From: an uncultured Bacilli bacterium
GTDB lineage: Bacteria; Bacillota_I; Bacilli_A; RF39; UBA660
Assembly: GCA_934090795.1 (NCBI GenBank)
Contig: CAKOJQ010000003.1
Location: 33,252 to 97,251, forward strand
Direction of reading: 5' to 3'
DNA length: 64,000 bases
The notes beneath the pieces are model-generated. The model made no database searches. It was given only the letters and a program-made list of their open reading frames with translations, and had not been told where the DNA came from. Below are positions 50,203-59,323 of the stretch, piece by piece (within the stretch, counting starts at the first letter, position 1; each line of letters begins with the position of its first letter). The translations under genes and the position numbers were made by a program.

Positions 50203-51591
50203 TTAAAGTGATTCATTATTATTATCATCTATTATTTCTTTTGTTTTCATTAAATCATCTAATGCATCTTCTATTGTTGTAGGTTCTTTTTCTTCAAACG
50301 CTTCATCTATAACACTTTTTTCTTTCATTTTAGGCATATCATCAAGTATTTCATTATCATTATTATTTATTTTTTTATTATTCTTTTTATTTTTATAGAA
50401 GAAGATAAAATAAGCAGCAACCCCAGCAATTATTAAACCTCCAAAAATTAATAAAATAATTAAAACCATCTTTGAATTATTATTATTTTTATCAATTGCC
50501 CCAGGTACAAATGTCGTTGTAGTTGTAGGTTCTTCACTAACATATTCTTCCCTTAGTACCGTTATATTATAAATATTAACTTCATTTTCTTCATCAGTAG
50601 GAGTTACAGTAATTGTAACAATATTTTCTCCAACTTTTAAGTTATCAGCACCCTTTATTTCAACTTTTGCATTCTCATCAGCTGCAGTAGCACTTATCTC
50701 TAATTTCTCAATCTCAAAAGGAACGCTTAATGTATAATCTAAGTTATTTTCATCAAACTTTTCATTTATATTATAATCTTTAACACTTAAACTAGCTAGC
50801 TTATTTGATCCATCAGTAGTTTCTCCACGATAAATTATAAATTTATACTCTTCAGTTGATTTTTCATCTTCACTCGTAAATTTAAATATTACTTCATTCT
50901 TACCTTGAATAGTTTGAATAATTGTATCGGAAGAACTTGATACAGTACACCCAACAGTACACTCACTAGTTAATGTTACACCAGTTTGTTCAGTATTATA
51001 TACAAGCACAACTTGTCTAATAGTATCTTTAGTATATAATTTATATTCATGAGTATTAGAATTAAAAGCAGGTTTCATGGTTGAATTTTTAAAACTCATG
51101 CTTGTTACTTTAGCACTTGTATTTTTAGGTTTAGTTGTTGTAGTTGTTACACCTTGTCTTAAAGTCAAGGTTTTTGAGTAATCCACTGCCGTTCCAACTT
51201 CATCTGCGCCTTTCCTAAACTTAATATTTTTAATTACAAAAGAAGTTGTTGTGCTAGCCTCACTTAAATTAGTAACTGAAAATGAACCAATTATTCCGTC
51301 TTTCAAATTAGTACTAGATACTATAAATCCTTTATTTCCTGAATAAGTTTCAGTTGTAGAATAATCATTACTAGTACTACCACTAAATTTAAGAATACCT
51401 GCATCATAATTTATTTCAAATTCAACTTGATCAAATTCATCACTGCCAACATCACTAAGTTTTAGCTCATATTTACCGGTCTCATTTGTTTTTAATGTTG
51501 ATACACCAGTAACTTCTAACGATGCAGCATCAACTGATATTGCACCTATTAAGCTTACCAAACTCCCAATCAAAATTTTTTTAATTTTCAT
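50203..51591 (-). CDS. Cell-surface protein: signal peptide, Thr-rich region, cadherin-like beta-sandwich-type domain, C-terminal TM anchor and charged tail
   Basis: MKIKKILIGSLVSLIGAISVDA signal. KLASLSVKDYNINEKFDENNLDYTLSVPFEIEKLEISATAADENAKVEI resembles the Cadherin-like/SLH-associated domain. C-terminal MVLIILLIFGGLIIAGVAAYFIFFY. Confidence 0.5.
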   Translation of the reverse strand: MKIKKILIGSLVSLIGAISVDAASLEVTGVSTLKTNETGKYELKLSDVGSDEFDQVEFEINYDAGILKFSGSTSNDYSTTETYSGNKGFIVSSTNLKDGIIGSFSVTNLSEASTTTSFVIKNIKFRKGADEVGTAVDYSKTLTLRQGVTTTTTKPKNTSAKVTSMSFKNSTMKPAFNSNTHEYKLYTKDTIRQVVLVYNTEQTGVTLTSECTVGCTVSSSSDTIIQTIQGKNEVIFKFTSEDEKSTEEYKFIIYRGETTDGSNKLASLSVKDYNINEKFDENNLDYTLSVPFEIEKLEISATAADENAKVEIKGADNLKVGENIVTITVTPTDEENEVNIYNITVLREEYVSEEPTTTTTFVPGAIDKNNNNSKMVLIILLIFGGLIIAGVAAYFIFFYKNKKNNKKINNNDNEILDDMPKMKEKSVIDEAFEEKEPTTIEDALDDLMKTKEIIDDNNNESL

Positions 51592-52046
51592 TTAAATACC
51601 TCTTTACTATATATAAGTTTATCATATATTTTTAGAAAAACAAATACCCATTTTTTATACATTATATGAATTCATTTTCATTTATATGAATTTTCGTAAT
51701 ATTTTACTTACTTATCATTTGGTTATTTGATATTCTAATACCTAAGGAACATTTAATTGTTTAGGTGATTAATGTGAATAAAAGATTATTATATTTTATA
51801 ATTTTCAATTTATTTATTATTATTTTTATTTTATTCTACATCATTATTAAAATGAATGTGTTAAAATAAAAACACCATAAACACAGGAGGTTTTGGTGAT
51901 CTTAACTATTAAGGTAATCACTTAACGTTCTAAATTAAGTGTTCCTTTTTATTTTATGTAAGTCTTACTTACATATTCATATTATCAAATTTTAAAATTT
52001 TTATCAAGATGTAATACGAATTTTCATTTTAGACAATACTATAATT

Positions 52047-52496
52047 TTATCTTCCAATTACTCTGGCATTATTAATTATTTCACTCATATTTTCCTTATT
52101 ATGTAAAAATTTTATCTTATTAATAATATCCTTATAAGTTTTCAACTTTATTTTACCGGAATCATTCATTCCAAATCCACTTACTTTTCTTTTATAGATT
52201 GATCTTAAATATACGTATCCATGAGCAGAAGCTAATTTAACTCTACTATTATTTCCATTATAATCATATAAATACATAAAATCATCTTCATTCAATTTAT
52301 AATATTCAAAATCATAATTTTTATTTCTAATTTAAGAATTAAGAACTAAAAAATAATCATATTCTTCATCATTATAAATTAATAAACAAGGTCTTCCTGT
52401 ATTATAAGCATGATCAAGTTTATTTTCTCCCTTAGCAAAAACAATATTTTTAATATAAACTATTTTTCCAATATAATCATTTTCATACATAACCAT
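52047..52496 (-). pseudogene. MazF/PemK-fold toxin-like gene interrupted by an in-frame TAA (rc of 52332-52334)
   Basis: Reading from the ATG at 52494-96: MVMYENDYIGKIVYIKNIVFAKGENKLDHAYNTGRPCLLIYNDEEYDYFLVLNS*IRNK..., continuing in the same frame as the 82-aa ORF (52047..52295). GxE...RP.LLI.ND...hydrophobic-LNS corresponds to the MazF GSEQ..RPvlVi.nD...iaPiTs core. Confidence 0.4.
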
Positions 52497-52500
52497 TCAC

Positions 52501-53583
52501 TTACAAAATTTTTATTAATATTTCATTTATTAAATATAAATATTTAGGACTTATAAACACATATCCATCTTTAACAATTAATTCTTTATTCTTAATTAAA
52601 CTATCTATATCATATTTATCTTCAAATTTAACTCCATATTTATTCTCAAATTCTTTTAAATTAATACCTTTCATCTTTCTTAATCCAAGCATAACTTCAT
52701 CATACATTTTATCATCTAAACTTAACAAACTTTCACTTAAATGATAATCACCACTCATATATCTACTTAAATTTCTAGTATTATCATATCTAAATCCATC
52801 AATATAACCAGATGAACCAAGTCCAAACCCATAATATTCCTCATTATTCCAATAACTTAAATTATGTCTTGATTCATATCCCTTTAAAGCAAAATTACTT
52901 ATTTCATAATGATTATATTTATGTTTTTTTAAATAATTAATAATAGTAAAATACATTTTAGAATCTAATTCTTCATTTATAGGATTAATACCTTCATTAT
53001 ATATTTTAGTATGTTTTTCTATTTGTAATGAATAAGTACTTATATGATTAGGTTTTAACTTAACTAAAAGTAAAAGATCCTTTTTCAAAGTTTTAATATT
53101 TTCTTCAGGAATTCCATAAATTAAATCTAAATTAATATTATTTATTCCTTTATTTCTTATCATATTAATTTTATTTTGAATATCTTTAAAATCTACTTTC
53201 CTTTCCATAAAACCAAGATTATCTATATTAAAAGATTCAATACCAATACTTAATCTATTAACTTTATTTTTAACTAATATATCAATTAATTCTTCATTTA
53301 TATCACAAGGATTACATTCAAAAGTATATTCATAATCTTCTTTTATTTTAACTGCACTTAATATACTAAATAATTTATCTAACTGCTTACTATTTAAACA
53401 AGATGGTGTTCCCCCACCAATATAAACTGTCTCCATCTCTTCATAATTATAGTATTCATCTATTTCTTTTTTTAAAGCATCTAAATAATTATCTATCATT
53501 TTATCATTCTTAAACATTTTACAAAAATCACAATAAGAACAAATATGACTGCAAAAAGGAATATGAATATACATATGTTTCAT
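52501..53583 (-). CDS. hemW: Radical SAM heme chaperone HemW (HemN-like)
   Basis: YIHIPFCSHICSYCDF CxxxCxxC radical-SAM motif near the N-terminus; 360 aa with HemN_C-like end. Confidence 0.8.
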   Translation of the reverse strand: MKHMYIHIPFCSHICSYCDFCKMFKNDKMIDNYLDALKKEIDEYYNYEEMETVYIGGGTPSCLNSKQLDKLFSILSAVKIKEDYEYTFECNPCDINEELIDILVKNKVNRLSIGIESFNIDNLGFMERKVDFKDIQNKINMIRNKGINNINLDLIYGIPEENIKTLKKDLLLLVKLKPNHISTYSLQIEKHTKIYNEGINPINEELDSKMYFTIINYLKKHKYNHYEISNFALKGYESRHNLSYWNNEEYYGFGLGSSGYIDGFRYDNTRNLSRYMSGDYHLSESLLSLDDKMYDEVMLGLRKMKGINLKEFENKYGVKFEDKYDIDSLIKNKELIVKDGYVFISPKYLYLINEILIKIL

Positions 53584-53637
53584 TAATACTCACCTATATC
53601 ATTATAAACAAAAATATAGCATTTTTAAAGTGCTACA

Positions 53638-54363
53638 TTACTCTATTAATTCATTTAAAAATTTTTTACTTTTTAAATATAAACCAGTATATCTATCATA
53701 ATAAGTATTAACAAAATAATTTATATTCTTTATTATGTTATCACTTATTTTCAGTTCACTAATAGACTTTATATCTACTAAATAATACATTCTAAGCATT
53801 TTTAATGTTTTACTATCATAAATAATTTCATTAGTATAACAATTTTTACAAATATAACCGCCTACATCAGGATCTATCGTAACAATGTTACTTTTCTTGC
53901 CACATTTACAGCATGTATTAAAATCAAATCCAACCCCTAAATAATCCAAATATTTAAGTTCTAAAATATTTGTCATAACCATTGGATTTAATCCTTCATC
54001 TATTTTATATAAAGTAGTAATTAATAAATTATATATTTCTTCATCATTATTTTGTTTCATAACTTGAGTAGCTAAATCAATTAAAAAAGACATATAACTA
54101 ATTAAGATTATGTCCTTTTTTATATTTTTAAATTCATTAATTATATCGGCACTTTTTAAAGTACTTAATTTATTATCGTTATAATATAAATAGAAAGAAC
54201 CATAAGTTAAATTAACTGTAAAACTTCTAAGAGGACTTTTAATATTTTTAGCTCCTTTAGCAATTGCACCAATCATTCCCTCTTTAGTTAAAATATTAAC
54301 TATTTTACTTGTTTCACCATAATTAACACTACTTGCTATAATTCCTTCTACTTGTTTTAACAT
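53638..54363 (-). CDS. recO: DNA repair protein RecO
   Basis: N-terminal OB fold (EGIIASSVNYGETSKIVNILT) and C-terminal zinc finger CCKCG...CKNCY. Era-proximal position as in Bacillus. Confidence 0.8.
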   Translation of the reverse strand: MLKQVEGIIASSVNYGETSKIVNILTKEGMIGAIAKGAKNIKSPLRSFTVNLTYGSFYLYYNDNKLSTLKSADIINEFKNIKKDIILISYMSFLIDLATQVMKQNNDEEIYNLLITTLYKIDEGLNPMVMTNILELKYLDYLGVGFDFNTCCKCGKKSNIVTIDPDVGGYICKNCYTNEIIYDSKTLKMLRMYYLVDIKSISELKISDNIIKNINYFVNTYYDRYTGLYLKSKKFLNELIE

Positions 54364-54484
54364 ATAATTCTAACCTCTTTTGTATTTCATATAATATTTA
54401 ATTTCGCCAGTTTCTTTAAATTTATCCCAAGCTTCTTCTTTTGTCATATAAATTCCCTTTCTATTTATATATTGGGAATTTAAT

Positions 54485-55558
54485 TTATCTTTTATTCACT
54501 TTTTGATTAATTTTTTCTTGAAATGTAAGTATTATTGAATTTCGATCAATTGGAATATCTTGTTCAAATAATTCACTACTTATACTAGCTATCATTTCAG
54601 GCGTAAGTTCTACACCTTTATAATTATAATTAATATTTTTAATAGCTTCATCTATATTTTTATATGTATATGATCCATAATAATTTTTTTTCATAAATTC
54701 ATTTATTTTTTCAACTATAGATCCACCGACTAAACGACGATACGCAGCTACCCTCATAAATAACATAAACTTTTTAACTGGCATATGAGTCAATCTATAA
54801 AAATCTAAAATATTAAATTTTTCACTATTTATTCCATTACATACATCTAAACATAAATTTTTAAATTCTAATTCTCTTTCATCAACAGTCTTACTATAAG
54901 TTCTTAATAAAGTCAAAACATCAGTTTTATTTTCTTCTTTAGCTTTCTTTACAATTTCATTAAATAAATAATTTTCAACTTTATAACTATTAAAAATATA
55001 ATTAGGATAACAATCATTACTTTCCAAATAAGCCTTAATTGCATCTATAACTTTAGCTTCCTTATTACTATCAATATCATGTTTTTCTTCTTCCATTTTT
55101 TTTGCCAAATTTGCATTTTTTAATATAATTAACTTTTCAAATTTAGCCATAATTAAATCTTTATCATTTGGAAAATCCTTAACATAATCTTCAACTTGAT
55201 ATCTAATATATGTTGTATTATAGTTATTTAATAATTCCAAAAAGTCATCATCTGTTTTAGCTTGTAATAATGTATTTGCAACTTCATACTTTTTACTAGC
55301 CCCGTTGCCATTTTTAGAATACAACTTTTGACATCTTTTAGTATAATATTTTTCTAAAATTAGTATTTCTTCCATACTTGGTTTTGGTTCAACAACATGA
55401 TTTTTAAACATATTCAAACAAGTTGAAATATATGTAGCATTAAGACCATATTTTAGAGCCATTTCACTTCTAACATTCTCTCCATATTCTGTTTCTAACA
55501 AACGATAAAAAGTTTCTTGTCCAATCTTTATTTTCTCTTCTAATGTATATCTTGCCAT
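54485..55558 (-). CDS. Hypothetical protein (357 aa) between era and recO
   Basis: ORF only; no motif recognised. Confidence 0.3.
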   Translation of the reverse strand: MARYTLEEKIKIGQETFYRLLETEYGENVRSEMALKYGLNATYISTCLNMFKNHVVEPKPSMEEILILEKYYTKRCQKLYSKNGNGASKKYEVANTLLQAKTDDDFLELLNNYNTTYIRYQVEDYVKDFPNDKDLIMAKFEKLIILKNANLAKKMEEEKHDIDSNKEAKVIDAIKAYLESNDCYPNYIFNSYKVENYLFNEIVKKAKEENKTDVLTLLRTYSKTVDERELEFKNLCLDVCNGINSEKFNILDFYRLTHMPVKKFMLFMRVAAYRRLVGGSIVEKINEFMKKNYYGSYTYKNIDEAIKNINYNYKGVELTPEMIASISSELFEQDIPIDRNSIILTFQEKINQKVNKR

Positions 55559-55578
55559 AATTCATATCTCCCTTTTTA

Positions 55579-56460
55579 CTAAAAATCTTTAAAGCCTAAC
55601 TCGCTTAAATATCTTTCTTTATCACGCCAATTTTTAACTGTTTTAACATATAATTCTAAATAAACTTGTTTACCAAGTAATTCTTCCATATCACATCTAG
55701 CTAAAGAACCAATTTGTTTAAGCATTGATCCTTGTGATCCAATAATTATTTTCTTTAAATTATTTCTTTCAACTATTATATCAACATACACTTCCATTAA
55801 AGAGCCCTTATCTTTTAAATGAGTAACAACACATGTAACTGAATGTGGTACTTCCTCTTCTGTTAAATTAAGAACCTTTTCTCTAACAAGTTCTCCAAGC
55901 ATAAATTCAAGTGATGTATTTGTAATAGTTCCATCATCATAATATTTAATTTCATCTGTTAAATACCCTTTAATTACATTAATTAGTCTTTCAACATTAT
56001 CATCTTTTAAAGCACTAATAGGAACTATATCACTAAAATCATATAAATCTTTATAGTCATTTATTGATTTTAATATTTGTTCATCACTTAATTTATCTAT
56101 TTTATTTAAAACAAGAATAACTGGTGTTTCAATATTTTTAAAAGTCTGTGATATAAATTTATCTCCTCTTCCAATTGGTGCTGATGCATCTACAACAAAT
56201 AAAATAGCATCTATATCCTCTAGGGATTCATAAGTTTGTTTATTTAAATATTTTCCTAATTTATCTTGAGGTTTATGAATTCCTGGAGTGTCTACAAAAA
56301 TAATTTGAGTTTCTTTATCATTATAAACTCCTTGAATTGCATTCCTAGTTGTTCCTGCCACATTAGAAACTATTGCTATATGTTTTTTTAATATTGTATT
56401 CATCAAAGTACTTTTCCCCGTATTTGGTCTACCTATTATACTTACAAATCCACTTTTCAC
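55579..56460 (-). CDS. era: GTPase Era (GTG start)
   Basis: GFVSIIGRPNTGKSTL G1, DTPG G3, NKID G4, C-terminal KH domain; AAGGA RBS. Confidence 0.9.
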   Translation of the reverse strand: MKSGFVSIIGRPNTGKSTLMNTILKKHIAIVSNVAGTTRNAIQGVYNDKETQIIFVDTPGIHKPQDKLGKYLNKQTYESLEDIDAILFVVDASAPIGRGDKFISQTFKNIETPVILVLNKIDKLSDEQILKSINDYKDLYDFSDIVPISALKDDNVERLINVIKGYLTDEIKYYDDGTITNTSLEFMLGELVREKVLNLTEEEVPHSVTCVVTHLKDKGSLMEVYVDIIVERNNLKKIIIGSQGSMLKQIGSLARCDMEELLGKQVYLELYVKTVKNWRDKERYLSELGFKDF

Positions 56461-56475
56461 GTTACCACATCCTTA

Positions 56476-56521
56476 TTATTTTAATAAAAAAATTAAAGAC
56501 TAGTCAATCAGACTAGTCTTT
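56476..56521 (-). terminator. Rho-independent terminator immediately upstream of the era RBS
   Basis: Perfect 11-bp stem aaagactagtc/gactagtcttt (56495-56521) with a 5-nt loop, followed on the minus strand by AATTTTTTTATT. Confidence 0.55.
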
Positions 56522-56652
56522 GTCTATGCCTATCGGCACCTGTCATAGTATATACCATAAATGGTATGATACTGTCTAAGCATTTCTGCTCCTGTATCTA
56601 TATACTACTACATTATTATATTCTAGTCAAGATAATTTTATACTAAATATAT

Positions 56653-57273
56653 TTATAAAGTATATTCTTTAATAATATTGTCATCTATTTCTTTCATTTT
56701 TTCATTTGGTATTCTTATCACATCAATATAATCATATTCACTAAATGGTGGAATAATTGACATTTTACTAATAGTTTTCATATGTTCGATTAATGCATAT
56801 GAAGTAATATTATCACGTTTACTGTAATATTTTAAAGAATTTTTTATTTTTTTCTTTTTTGCGTTATCACTTTCTTTTGAATAATTTAATCTAAGTTTTT
56901 CTATTTCGCTATCAAGAATTAAAACATTGCCCAAATCAACACTTTTTTTATGTTTTTTGGATGAAATAGGAATAACATGTAAGACAGGATTATATGCTGT
57001 GTCTCCTTTAGAAACAACAATTGCAAAATGATTTCCTGAAAATTCACTTCCTATATTTACTCCAAATCTAACTTTTATTACACTTCCTCTACTATATCTT
57101 CTAAAGTATAATGGTTTATTTTCTATCTCATATAGTAATGTATTGCTATTTTTTAAAATGGTATTTTCAAAATTAGTATACTTATCGCCTAAATTCATAT
57201 CTGAAATTCTTACAAAATTAACATGAGCATTGGTTAATTTTTTATGTTTTATTTCTGGAGATAATTCATTCAT
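56653..57273 (-). CDS. MazF/PemK-fold protein with N- and C-terminal extensions (206 aa)
   Basis: RGSVIKVRFGVNIGSEFSGNHFAIVVSKGDTAYNPVLHVIPISSKK...SYALIEHMKTISKMSI parallels the MazF signature (GdI..v.f.p..GsEq.g.RPvvVvs...vvPiTs...s.vl.dQirtidk.Rl). Confidence 0.4.
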   Translation of the reverse strand: MNELSPEIKHKKLTNAHVNFVRISDMNLGDKYTNFENTILKNSNTLLYEIENKPLYFRRYSRGSVIKVRFGVNIGSEFSGNHFAIVVSKGDTAYNPVLHVIPISSKKHKKSVDLGNVLILDSEIEKLRLNYSKESDNAKKKKIKNSLKYYSKRDNITSYALIEHMKTISKMSIIPPFSEYDYIDVIRIPNEKMKEIDDNIIKEYTL

Positions 57274-57286
57274 TTATAATCACATC

Positions 57287-57655
57287 CTAATATATATTTT
57301 CGATTAAATTACCCACTTTTATTATTCTTTCTTCTCTATTTATATCATATAAAAATATTTCACAATCATTTTCATAAAATTCCTTAATCATATTTTTATT
57401 AATATTTTTTAAATCATTTATCGTTTTAGAACTTGTCATAATATATAAACTATCAAAATCTTTTTTTCTATATCCATGACTAACCGCGTTTGCTATTGCA
57501 GCTTCTTCAGCATATATTGTACTTCTAAAAATGTCATTCTTAACAATAACACCGGCAAATAATTTTCCATCATTCATCTTTGCTACAGCGCTATAAAAAA
57601 TATTATCATGAGGAGCATAACAATTACTTAATAATCTTTCTAATTCTCTTATCAT
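57287..57655 (-). CDS. Cytidine-deaminase-fold paralogue lacking the zinc ligands (probable pseudoenzyme)
   Basis: Aligns with the cdd next door (AGVIVKN...AEEAAIANAVSHGY...YIMTSS) but has YAEE instead of C/H-AE and no PCxxC motif. Confidence 0.55.
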   Translation of the reverse strand: MIRELERLLSNCYAPHDNIFYSAVAKMNDGKLFAGVIVKNDIFRSTIYAEEAAIANAVSHGYRKKDFDSLYIMTSSKTINDLKNINKNMIKEFYENDCEIFLYDINREERIIKVGNLIENIY

Positions 57656-58035
57656 TAGTCCTCCAAATTAAATGGATAAGGGCAAATATCTGCTACTGTA
57701 AATTCTTTACACTTTCCTCTATTATTATAGCAAAAAACCTTAGCATCAGGCAAGAAATATTCATGTAGTAATTCCCTGCACATAAAACATGGCATACATA
57801 TTTCTTTACTTGAACCCATTACATGTATTTCTTTAAAATCTTTAACGGAAAATCCTTCACTAAATGCATTTGCTATCGCAACTTGTTCTGCGCACATTCC
57901 ACTTTTACCATCTTTATTTTCAATATTTACTCCAATTACTTCTTGATTATTTTGCATAACAATCACACATGCAACTTTATAATTAGAAATATTAGCATAA
58001 GCATTTTTCATAATTAGTTTTAAATTATCTTTCAT
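57655..58035 (-). CDS. cdd: Cytidine deaminase (homotetrameric type)
   Basis: CAEQVAI (Zn-ligand Cys + catalytic Glu) and CMPCFMC (PCxxC) motifs; 126 aa; GGAGAG RBS. Confidence 0.8.
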   Translation of the reverse strand: MKDNLKLIMKNAYANISNYKVACVIVMQNNQEVIGVNIENKDGKSGMCAEQVAIANAFSEGFSVKDFKEIHVMGSSKEICMPCFMCRELLHEYFLPDAKVFCYNNRGKCKEFTVADICPYPFNLED

Positions 58036-58240
58036 AAACTCTCCAACACTAAAATAATTTTAGGAACCAAAATAATCCATTCAATCATACTTATCTTAAG
58101 TAAAAAAGCCGTAATAACAACAAGTATTGCTACACTAACATGGATTTTCTATTAGGTTCATTACTAACAACATCATCTATTCCTTTAAATGCATAACCAA
58201 ATGATTTTTTTAATCTCTTAATCGATAATACCTTTTTCAT
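58036..58240 (-). pseudogene. dgkA: Diacylglycerol/undecaprenol kinase gene remnant, frameshifted and 3'-truncated
   Basis: From the ATG at 58238-40: MKKVLSIKRLKKSFGYAFKGIDDVVSNEPNRKS-(frameshift in an A-run)-IHVSVAILVVITAFLLKISMIEWIILVPKIILVLE, then a stop at the cdd RBS. Matches the S. aureus DgkA N-terminus (FKDNFHYAFDGLKYAFRNELNFRIHIVVAILVILL). Only ~65 of ~115+ codons remain. Confidence 0.55.
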
Positions 58241-58658
58241 TTAATATTTCCTTCTGTAAATCAAACATTTCTTTTTCTTCTTTTTCTCCTAAAGTATGAT
58301 CATAACCAAGTAGATGTAAAAGACCATGAATGCATAAAAATGATAATTCCCTCTTTTCACTATGACCATATTCTATAGCTTGCTCTTTCATTCTATCTAT
58401 TGATACATATATTTCTCCAAGCATATTAACTGGGCCTTGTAAAGCTCCATTATCATTAAACGCAAAAGAAATAACATCAGTAGGTCTATCAATACCTCTA
58501 TATTCTTTATTTATCTTATGTATCTCATCATTATTAATAAAAATTACTGAAAAATAAACATTCTTAAGTTTTAACTTATTACAAGCAAAATCAAATAAAT
58601 CATTTAAATAATCATATTCTTTATAACCATATTCATCTATTATATCAAAACTATTCAT
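58218..58658 (-). CDS. ybeY: Endoribonuclease YbeY (16S rRNA 3' maturation)
   Basis: HGLLHLLGYDH zinc-binding motif; 146 aa. Confidence 0.85.
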   Translation of the reverse strand: MNSFDIIDEYGYKEYDYLNDLFDFACNKLKLKNVYFSVIFINNDEIHKINKEYRGIDRPTDVISFAFNDNGALQGPVNMLGEIYVSIDRMKEQAIEYGHSEKRELSFLCIHGLLHLLGYDHTLGEKEEKEMFDLQKEILNEKGIID

Positions 58659-59323
58659 ATTACCACTCCATACAAATTAAGTATTATTATCACTAATATT
58701 GCAATTATTAATACACATATTAAATTTAATAAAAAACTATTTTTTACTCTTTCACTAGTCTTTTTAAATATAAACTCACTTACTAAATAGAAAAGATACC
58801 CAACAACTCCACCAACCACATTTAAAATTATATCATCTACATCAAAGCTTCTACCTAAAAGTAACTGAATAGTCTCAACAGTTGAACTAACAATAAGTGT
58901 AATTAAAAAACTATAAGTTATATTTTTAGTCTTACAGTAATAACTAGTATAATAACCAAATGGAATAAATAAAACTACATTTCCTATCACATTACGATAA
59001 AATAACTTAGAAGTAACACTATATCTAAATATTTCTTTAAAAGGAATAAAATTATTACCAAAAGAAGAAAAATCAGTAGCAGTTACCAAACTAAATAACA
59101 TTATAACATAAGCTATAAACACTAAATTAATTATCTCTTTATATATCTCTAACTTAGTACGATTTGCCAAGCTATAAGCTATCTTTAAACATATTGTTGT
59201 AATCATACATAATAATAAGATAGGCCATAAATCAACTATAATTTCAATTGCTGCTTTGGGTATCACTAGCATCACCTTTTTCATAGTACTGGTATTCATT
59301 AATAAGTTCATTACAAATAACAA
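58655..59323 (-). CDS. VanZ-like family membrane protein (start probably an internal Met such as MKKVML at ~59284)
   Basis: Multi-TM with GRSFDVDDIILNVVGGVVGYL, the VanZ signature. The ORF-track start overlaps yqfD by 80 nt. Confidence 0.45.
   Translation of the reverse strand: MLFVMNLLMNTSTMKKVMLVIPKAAIEIIVDLWPILLLCMITTICLKIAYSLANRTKLEIYKEIINLVFIAYVIMLFSLVTATDFSSFGNNFIPFKEIFRYSVTSKLFYRNVIGNVVLFIPFGYYTSYYCKTKNITYSFLITLIVSSTVETIQLLLGRSFDVDDIILNVVGGVVGYLFYLVSEFIFKKTSERVKNSFLLNLICVLIIAILVIIILNLYGVVI

Noticed and set aside
51592-52046. A 450-bp intergenic region inspected for an ncRNA, riboswitch or tRNA (contains an AGGAGG followed by a 9-codon GTG ORF and a GTGAT...ATCAC inverted repeat).
   Set aside because: No convincing conserved structure or recognisable riboswitch or tRNA features could be read by eye. 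Likely just the promoter and leader region of the surface-protein gene. It would need covariance-model search (Infernal/Rfam) to say more.
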